From positions 1 through 53,768 of the forward strand of contig DFEL01000028.1 in the NCBI GenBank assembly GCA_002369055.1: DNA of 53,768 nucleotides, given 5' to 3'. The first letter of the stretch is position 1. The number at the start of each line of letters is the position of its first letter. This stretch comes from Cyanobacteria bacterium UBA3803 (GTDB lineage: Bacteria; Cyanobacteriota; Vampirovibrionia; Gastranaerophilales; Gastranaerophilaceae). Positions 47,380 through 53,768 of this stretch are shown piece by piece. The translations under genes and the position numbers were made by a program. The notes under the pieces were generated by a model, which worked only from the letters and a program-made list of their open reading frames with translations, made no database searches and was not told the origin of the DNA.

Positions 47380-47934
47380 TTAATTTGAATTATTTAAGTA
47401 TTTTTCAATTATTTCTAATTGGAATTCTGCTCTGTCAAGATTTATTTCTTCAACTTTTTCTTCATCTGTTTCATCTATTCCATCTATATATGATTTTAGA
47501 ATATTATAGAATTCTTGCAATAAAGTTTTTTTATCAAGGATAATATCAAATTCTATTGTATAATCCGCTATTTTATAATCGTCAATATTATCATCGGAAT
47601 ACAAATTATAATCGTGTGCAAAAAGAAATCGTATTTCTTTTTCATTGATTGGATTTGCATAAAGTAGTGGATCGCTGCCTTCATTATCAAGAAACATTGC
47701 TATATCTTCTTTTGAAGTAGTTAATTCGGAGAAAAAACGAATAACATGCGTTATAGCCGTCATTACAGAACTATATTTAATTTTTACTTCTCTGTTGTTT
47801 ACCATTAATGTTATATAAACCCAGCCGTGAGTTTCTTCAAAATTTAAACATTTTAATTGCTGTTTTTGGGGTTCAGATTTGTTAATTAATTCATAAATTT
47901 CTTTTTCAGAACACCATTTATCTACTAAAATCAT
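47380..47934 (-). CDS. Hypothetical acidic protein, no recognisable domain
   Basis: 184-aa ORF, 13 nt downstream of the WG-repeat gene on the same strand. Confidence 0.55.
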   Translation of the reverse strand: MILVDKWCSEKEIYELINKSEPQKQQLKCLNFEETHGWVYITLMVNNREVKIKYSSVMTAITHVIRFFSELTTSKEDIAMFLDNEGSDPLLYANPINEKEIRFLFAHDYNLYSDDNIDDYKIADYTIEFDIILDKKTLLQEFYNILKSYIDGIDETDEEKVEEINLDRAEFQLEIIEKYLNNSN

Positions 47935-47947
47935 TTTTCACCTCTTT

Positions 47948-49525
47948 TTATTTTAATTCATACTCATAAACATCTACACCGTGATTACTATTGCAGATTA
48001 TTTTTTTGTTTTCTAATATATTTATATTATCATAATCAGGTTTTATAATTACTGTTCCGTTAGACATCATAAGACCTTGTTGGTTACTGTCTTTTTTTAC
48101 CTCAAAATAATAAAAGTTATCATTGCATCTGCTTTGTTCAAAATATTCATATTTTGCGGGAATTAAAATTTTACCGTCAAAGTTTTTTAATCCTCTTTTG
48201 TCATTATCTGAATAAATATATGTTTTTGTTTCAAAATTAACAGCACTATTGAAAACGGAAACTTTTTCGTCAAATTCTTTACTTTCAAGAATATTACCTT
48301 TTTCATCAATAATATTGTATATTGTAGAGTTTTCGCCTTCTTTGACAGCAACAACGGGATTCCACCAAGGATAAATACTTGTATAATCAGATTTGAAAAC
48401 ATCTTTACCCTTGTGGTCTATTATTTTTTCAACCTTATGTCCCAAATCTTTATCGAAAAATTCTACCAGAATATTACCGTCATCAAGGAATGTTACATCA
48501 TCAAATTGTGGCTCAAAAAGAATTTTATTTTCTTTTAAATCATAAATACCTATCGGAACATCATCCCAAGTTGCTTTTTCTCTGTAAGTCATCAAACCGT
48601 CAAAGTAATCATAACTATAATCTTCAAAAATCGGCTCGGTTATAAAATTTCCATTTCTGTCTAAAATAGCCCATTTACCATTTTCCCAACCACCTGTATG
48701 CACTTGATAATAGTCCTCAATGATATTATTATAATCATCAATAAACCATCTTATTTCATCATATTTGCAAGGGATTATTTCATTGCCGTTTTTGTCAATA
48801 ACTCCCCATAATTCTTCTTCTGTCCAGTAATGCTCTTGATTGGATTCATTATCCGATTTTTTATGTTTTTCCCACTTACCTTTTGCAACAACGGCTCTGT
48901 CGTTGATAAAATTAAATGCATAAATATATTGAGGTTTGATAACTTCTCGTCCGGACTTATCAATATAGCCCCAATTTCCTGCAATATCATTATAATCAGA
49001 GTGATATGACAATTTATCCTGATATAATATGTCAATGGTTGAAACTCTTGCAAGTCCGTCATAAAAAGGTTTAACCTCTTTATAAATATTTTCGAGATGT
49101 ATTTCATTACCTTTTTTATCGACATATAGCCAGTTATTTCCGTCATGTACGCCAGCATAACCGTTTTTGAAATATTTTGTTTTTTTGTATTTTAACGGTA
49201 TGGCAATTTCATAATCTTTATTTAAAAATCCGTATCCTTGTTCATTTATACCGACTTTCCACATTTCATCGCTGTACATATATTCACTGACATAATCAAA
49301 TTCCAAATCGGTTAATCGTTTTCCGTCATAAGAAACGAATGTAGATTTTCCACCGCAGTTGTGATACTTGCCTGATAAAAGAACCATTAAAACTCCGGCA
49401 TCTTTTTCTTCGTGCAGACTTCTTACATTCCAAGTCCATAATTTAGTAAGTTTAAGTTCAGAATCTTCATAAACTACTTCATTGCATAATGTTGGTTCTT
49501 TTGCGGGAGTGTTTTCTGTAGTCAT
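47948..49525 (-). CDS. WG-containing-repeat (KWG-type) protein, cytoplasmic
   Basis: Repeats such as GNWGYIDKSGREVIKPQY, ELWGVIDKNGNEIIPCKYDEI and GKWAILDRNGNFITEPIFEDY. No signal peptide. ATG 49525 (GAGGT 8 nt upstream) is preferred to the track start 49585. Confidence 0.7.
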   Translation of the reverse strand: MTTENTPAKEPTLCNEVVYEDSELKLTKLWTWNVRSLHEEKDAGVLMVLLSGKYHNCGGKSTFVSYDGKRLTDLEFDYVSEYMYSDEMWKVGINEQGYGFLNKDYEIAIPLKYKKTKYFKNGYAGVHDGNNWLYVDKKGNEIHLENIYKEVKPFYDGLARVSTIDILYQDKLSYHSDYNDIAGNWGYIDKSGREVIKPQYIYAFNFINDRAVVAKGKWEKHKKSDNESNQEHYWTEEELWGVIDKNGNEIIPCKYDEIRWFIDDYNNIIEDYYQVHTGGWENGKWAILDRNGNFITEPIFEDYSYDYFDGLMTYREKATWDDVPIGIYDLKENKILFEPQFDDVTFLDDGNILVEFFDKDLGHKVEKIIDHKGKDVFKSDYTSIYPWWNPVVAVKEGENSTIYNIIDEKGNILESKEFDEKVSVFNSAVNFETKTYIYSDNDKRGLKNFDGKILIPAKYEYFEQSRCNDNFYYFEVKKDSNQQGLMMSNGTVIIKPDYDNINILENKKIICNSNHGVDVYEYELK

Positions 49526-49630
49526 AAATTTTACCTCATTTATTATAACTTTATTATAAAACCTATGTATGACAGATAAGGACATGGAAAATTTTTGAAT
49601 TTTTTAATTAAAATATAGGGAGTATAAAAT

Positions 49631-50194
49631 ATGAAAAATTTGGTAGAACCAATCAAAAACAGAGAACAGGTAGAGGCAGTAGAAAGATATTTAGCAGAAC
49701 AAAGTTTAAGAAATCAGCTTATTTGGGTGTTTGGATGCAATACAGGGTTACGAATAAGTGATATATTAGGTCTGAATGTGGAAGATGTTGAGGGTAAAGA
49801 TTTTGTAGAAATAAGAGAGAAGAAAACGAGTAAGTACAAGCGATTTCCACTAAACAGTAAACTGAAAAAGTTGATAAAAAGATACCTTATAGAACGTAAA
49901 AAAACTTATTCAGTTACAGATGATAATCCGTTGTTTGTAGGTAAAAAGCATCATAGACTTGACAGGAGTCAGGTTTACAGAATTATTAATAAAGCGTGTA
50001 AAGAGTGTGGCATTACTGTAAATGTTGGTTGCCACAGTATGAGAAAGAATTTTGGGTTGTTTTTCTTTAGAAAATATAATAACATTGCCTTGTTACAAAA
50101 GATATTTCAGCATTCGGCTCCTGCTATTACATTGCGTTATATTGGTATCTCCCAAGAAGAAATAGATGAATCATACCTAAACTTTGAATTGTAG
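49631..50194 (+). CDS. Catalytic-domain-only tyrosine recombinase (187 aa)
   Basis: NTGLRISDILGL (Arg I), HSMRKNF (His-x-x-Arg), a second His in ..QHS.. and LRYIG (Tyr). There is no N-terminal core-binding domain. Confidence 0.8.
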   Translation: MKNLVEPIKNREQVEAVERYLAEQSLRNQLIWVFGCNTGLRISDILGLNVEDVEGKDFVEIREKKTSKYKRFPLNSKLKKLIKRYLIERKKTYSVTDDNPLFVGKKHHRLDRSQVYRIINKACKECGITVNVGCHSMRKNFGLFFFRKYNNIALLQKIFQHSAPAITLRYIGISQEEIDESYLNFEL

Positions 50195-50223
50195 CCGTTA
50201 TACAACAAATTAAATACATCAGG

Positions 50224-50374
50224 ATATTTATTTTGGTGCATAAACTCTTATAGTTCCATATTATCATAAAATTATTTTGAAATTTTGTTTAATAAATTGA
50301 TTGTGAAGAAAATTTTTACAAATACAATTATTCAACTCTGATACCATTCATTGTTTATGCACCAAAATAAATAT
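50224..50374. mobile_element. Putative invertible DNA segment (107 bp flanked by perfect 22-bp inverted repeats)
   Basis: ATATTTATTTTGGTGCATAAAC (50224-45) is the exact reverse complement of GTTTATGCACCAAAATAAATAT (50353-74). It lies 30 nt after the recombinase stop and 39 nt before the hsdM ATG. The segment contains TTGTGA-16-TACAAT pointing at hsdM and TGATAATAT pointing the other way. Confidence 0.55.
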
Positions 50375-50413
50375 TTGGTTGTGTAAATTCTCCAAAATTT
50401 AGGAGAATCAAGA

Positions 50414-51976
50414 ATGGCGAAAACAAAAAAAACAAAGGAAAAAAGTTTAGAGAGTATATTATTTGATTGTAGAAATACATTAAGGGGTAAGGTTTCTTCT
50501 CTTACAAACAGAGATGCCGTAATGGGTTTAGTGTTTTTAAAATTTGCAGGGGATAAATTTGAAAAAAGAAGATCTGAAATAAAGGAACAATATGGTGATA
50601 TACCTACATTTTTAGAAAAGCCTTCTTTCTATTTATCCGAAAATGTTTTCTATTTAAGGGAAAATTGTCGTTGGTCGGAAATAGTAAAAAATGCAGGAGC
50701 AAAAGATATTGCGAACAAAATAGATCAGGCAATGGCAGATATAGAAACAGATAATTCCCCTTTAAAAGGTGCTTTGTTACAAAAATTTTATGCAAATTTA
50801 GGTCTTGATCCAAAAGTTATTAAATCATTAATTGATGACATTAATCAAATCTCGGAAGAAAAGTTTAAGGAAAAAGATTTAATTGGAACTGTATATGAGT
50901 ATTTTATGCGAAACTTTGCATATGATTCAAAACAGGAAAAAGGTGAATTCTATACTCCTAAATGTATTGTTGATTTAATTGCCGAACTTATTGAGCCATT
51001 TCAAGGAAGAATTTATGATCCTTGTTGTGGTACGGGTGGTATGTTTGTGCAATCTGTAAAATTTGTTGAAGCACATAACGGTAATAAAATGGACATAGCT
51101 GTTTATGGGCAAGAAGAAAATCCGGATACCTACAGATTAGCAAAGCAAAACTTGGCAATTAGAGGGATTTCTTGTGATCTGGGGGATAGAAATGCTTCGT
51201 CATTTTTAGATGACCGACATGAGGACTTAAAAGTTGATTATATCATGGCAAATCCACCATTTAATCTTAAAAAATGGAGAGATCCAAATGATTTATTAAA
51301 TGACCCCCGTTGGTCAGGTTATGGTATTCCTCCTGTAAGTAATGCAAATTATGCATGGATTTTGCACATGTTATCAAAATTAGATGTTACAGACGGTATT
51401 GCTGGATTTTTACTTGCAAATGGTGCATTATCCAGTCCGGAAGAATTGGCTATAAGAACCCAACTTATTGAAAATGATAAAGTTGAAGCAATAATAGTTT
51501 TACCACGAGAAATGTTTTATTTGACTGATATTAGTGTTACGTTATGGATTATAAACAACAATAAAAAAGCAAGTTCATTAAACGGAAGACAAGTAAGAAA
51601 TCGTGAAAATGAAATTTTATTTGTTGATTTAAGAACGTGGAACAAATTGCATGATGATAATAAAGCAGTTGTGTTTAATGATGAAATAATTCAAAAAGTT
51701 AAAAAAATTTATAACGACTGGCAAAGTCTAAATTGCCCAGAAAAATATGAACAACCTGAATTATACAGAAGTGTAAAAAAATCTGAAATAATAGAAAGGG
51801 GTTATACTCTTGTTCCTTCAAAATATATTGAATTTGTTGATAAAGATTTAGACATCAATTATGAAGAAGAAATGTCAAGAATACAAAAAGAAATGCAAGA
51901 AATTTTGAATAAAGAACAAAAATCACAAGATCTGCTAAAATCTGCTTTTGAGGGTATTGGTTATGCAATTAAATAA
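50414..51976 (+). CDS. hsdM: Type I restriction-modification system methyltransferase subunit
   Basis: 520 aa. HsdM N-terminal domain, FYTP, the AdoMet site DPCCGTGGM and the catalytic NPPF. Confidence 0.92.
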   Translation: MAKTKKTKEKSLESILFDCRNTLRGKVSSLTNRDAVMGLVFLKFAGDKFEKRRSEIKEQYGDIPTFLEKPSFYLSENVFYLRENCRWSEIVKNAGAKDIANKIDQAMADIETDNSPLKGALLQKFYANLGLDPKVIKSLIDDINQISEEKFKEKDLIGTVYEYFMRNFAYDSKQEKGEFYTPKCIVDLIAELIEPFQGRIYDPCCGTGGMFVQSVKFVEAHNGNKMDIAVYGQEENPDTYRLAKQNLAIRGISCDLGDRNASSFLDDRHEDLKVDYIMANPPFNLKKWRDPNDLLNDPRWSGYGIPPVSNANYAWILHMLSKLDVTDGIAGFLLANGALSSPEELAIRTQLIENDKVEAIIVLPREMFYLTDISVTLWIINNNKKASSLNGRQVRNRENEILFVDLRTWNKLHDDNKAVVFNDEIIQKVKKIYNDWQSLNCPEKYEQPELYRSVKKSEIIERGYTLVPSKYIEFVDKDLDINYEEEMSRIQKEMQEILNKEQKSQDLLKSAFEGIGYAIK

Positions 51977-53090
51977 GGTAAAACTGGGGACTCTTATAAG
52001 TTTAGTTACTGATAGTAATATTAATTCAGAATATGATGAAAATTCAGTTCGAGGAATCTCAATAGATAAGAAATTTATACCAACAAAAGCAGATTTATCA
52101 GGTGTCGATTTAAAAAAATACACATTGGTAAAACCAAAACAGTTTGCTTATGTATCTGTAACATCTCGAAATGGCGAAAAAATATCATTAGCATACAATT
52201 TTTCAGATGAAGCTTACTTGGTATCATCAACTTATGTGGTATTTAATGGTATAAGTAATAAATTGTTGCCTGAATATTTATATATATTCTTTAACAGAAC
52301 TTCATTTGATAGATATTCTCGATTTAATTCTTGGGGTTCTGCGAGAGAGACTTTTTCTTGGGAAGATATGTGTGATGTGGAAATTGAACTTCCCGATATA
52401 GAAATTCAACAAAAATATGTTGATATTTATATGGGATTAAAACAAAACATTAATATGTTAGAAACTTCGAAAAATCGCATTAAATTCGTATGTGACGCAT
52501 ATATAGAAAATTTAAGAAAAACCACTGATATAAAAGAAATTGGACAATATATTTTCAAAGGTAAAAAAAATACAAATGAAAACATTTCGGATGTTCTGGG
52601 AATTGGTCAAGTAGGATTTATAAAACCACAAAAAATACCAAATGAATCTTTGAAAAATTATAAGGTAATGACTAAAGGTGCTATTTGTTACGCCCCACCA
52701 TTATACAATATCAAGGCTGATGCACTACATTATTATCCTTTTGATTCGGATACTGTATGCTCACCAATATATGAAGTTTTTTATTGCAATACAAATTACT
52801 TGTTGCCTGAATATTTGATTTTATGGCTAAAAAGAGAAGATTTTAAAAGATATGCGGAATTTTACGCTCTAGGAGTTAGAAATACCTTCGATTATTCACT
52901 AATGGAAGAATTCAAAATTCCAATACCATCTATTGAAATTCAAAAAGATATAGTAAAAGTTTACAATGCTTATACTATTAGAAACAATATATTAAATATT
53001 GCAATAAACTTACAAAAAAACATATGTCCTATTTTAATAAAAGGTTCTGTGGAAGAAGCAAAAAGCATGGGAAACAAGTATAGTGACTAA
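51963..53090 (+). CDS. hsdS: Type I restriction-modification system specificity subunit
   Basis: Two target-recognition domains separated by conserved helices (..LP.IEIQ.. appears twice). ATG 51963 (MQLNKVKLG..) overlaps the hsdM stop; the track start 51948 is also possible. Confidence 0.85.
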   Translation: MQLNKVKLGTLISLVTDSNINSEYDENSVRGISIDKKFIPTKADLSGVDLKKYTLVKPKQFAYVSVTSRNGEKISLAYNFSDEAYLVSSTYVVFNGISNKLLPEYLYIFFNRTSFDRYSRFNSWGSARETFSWEDMCDVEIELPDIEIQQKYVDIYMGLKQNINMLETSKNRIKFVCDAYIENLRKTTDIKEIGQYIFKGKKNTNENISDVLGIGQVGFIKPQKIPNESLKNYKVMTKGAICYAPPLYNIKADALHYYPFDSDTVCSPIYEVFYCNTNYLLPEYLILWLKREDFKRYAEFYALGVRNTFDYSLMEEFKIPIPSIEIQKDIVKVYNAYTIRNNILNIAINLQKNICPILIKGSVEEAKSMGNKYSD

Positions 53091-53768
53091 AAAATTTACA
53101 GAAGAATCATTGGAAAAATCAATAATTGAACAACTTGAAAAAAAAGAGGGCTATACCTATGTGAATGGTTATAGTATTCATAGAAAAGAAACAGATGTTC
53201 TTATGGAGCAAGATTTAATTTCATATTTGCAACAAAGATATGCAAGTGAAAATCTTACTCAAAATGAAATTACAACTATTATAAATAATATTAAACTTAT
53301 TTCCGCAACTCCATTATATACAGGTAATAAAGAAGTCTTTAAATATTTGAATTCAGGATTTAATTTATCAAGAGATGATGCCTCTCTACAAAATCTGCAT
53401 ATTGAATATATTGATTTTAATAATATTGAAAATAATACATATAAAATAGTTAATCAATATCAAGTAAAGGATGTAGGTGTAATTCCGAGACGTCCTGATT
53501 TACTTATATTTATAAATGGCATTCCTGTTTGTATTTGTGAGTTTAAAACAGCAATTGAAGAAGACACAACGATATTTGATGCTTGGAAACAGATTCATAA
53601 TCGATATAAAAGAGAAATCCCAAATCTTCTAAAATATTGTATGCTATCAATGATTACCGATGGTGTAACATCAAAATTAGGAACGATTTTTACAAAATAT
53701 GAGTATTACTATGCTTGGAAAAAGATTAGTGATTACGAGTCAGAAAAAAATGGTATACCAGCTCTTAT
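53083..53768 (+). CDS. hsdR: Type I restriction enzyme endonuclease subunit, N-terminal part (3' end outside window)
   Basis: Absent from the ORF track. GTG 53083 overlaps the hsdS stop, and the frame is open to the window end. ..ESLEKSIIEQL...GY.Y..G....R......L..DL..YL...Y and RPDLLIFINGIPV.I.EFK match the HsdR N-terminal nuclease domain. Confidence 0.8.
   Translation, partial: MTKKFTEESLEKSIIEQLEKKEGYTYVNGYSIHRKETDVLMEQDLISYLQQRYASENLTQNEITTIINNIKLISATPLYTGNKEVFKYLNSGFNLSRDDASLQNLHIEYIDFNNIENNTYKIVNQYQVKDVGVIPRRPDLLIFINGIPVCICEFKTAIEEDTTIFDAWKQIHNRYKREIPNLLKYCMLSMITDGVTSKLGTIFTKYEYYYAWKKISDYESEKNGIPAL

Noticed and set aside
50224-50374. The IR-bounded 151-bp unit as a MITE rather than an inverton
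   Set aside because: Not fully rejected. I saw no target-site duplication and no second copy in the window, and it sits exactly between a recombinase gene and an operon start. The inverton reading is therefore preferred.

Overview
Low-GC (about 30% by eye) chromosomal segment from a flagellated, probably diderm bacterium, inferred from lpxA and fliFGHI; the taxon cannot be fixed from sequence alone. Bases 1-34.9 kb are mostly housekeeping. They carry the 3' part of an ADP-forming acyl-CoA synthetase, lpxA, dnaE, the oadGAB Na+-decarboxylase operon, an S41 protease, fliF-G-H-I, glgC, groES-groEL, and grpE-dnaJ fused to two extra genes. der, a Xer recombinase, a TPR protein, engB, tspO and tRNA-Val(UAC) complete the list. 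Two small accessory inserts sit in this core. One is a tandem pair of higBA cassettes, one with a frameshifted toxin, each bracketed by a copy of the 3' end of the upstream gene. The other is an unannotated convergent pair, a 33-aa hydrophobic peptide gene and a small RNA, that looks like a type I toxin-antitoxin locus. From tRNA-Val to the window end (34.9-53.8 kb) lies a mosaic mobile/defence island. It starts with a class II photolyase, a tRNA 3' fragment and a decayed integrase. A Fic protein and a Gabija-like OLD-nuclease/UvrD-helicase pair follow, bracketed by two diverged copies of that integrase remnant. Next come a DUF4143-type AAA ATPase, an intact integrase with an excisionase-like gene, and three orphan genes (369 aa, 184 aa, WG-repeat protein). 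The island ends with a catalytic-domain-only tyrosine recombinase, a 151-bp segment bounded by perfect 22-bp inverted repeats, and hsdM-hsdS-hsdR. The best leads are the putative invertible switch in front of the type I R-M operon, the orphan block beside it, the repeat-bracketed Fic/Gabija cassette and the type I TA candidate. All functional calls rest on motif recognition by eye; no database search was possible.
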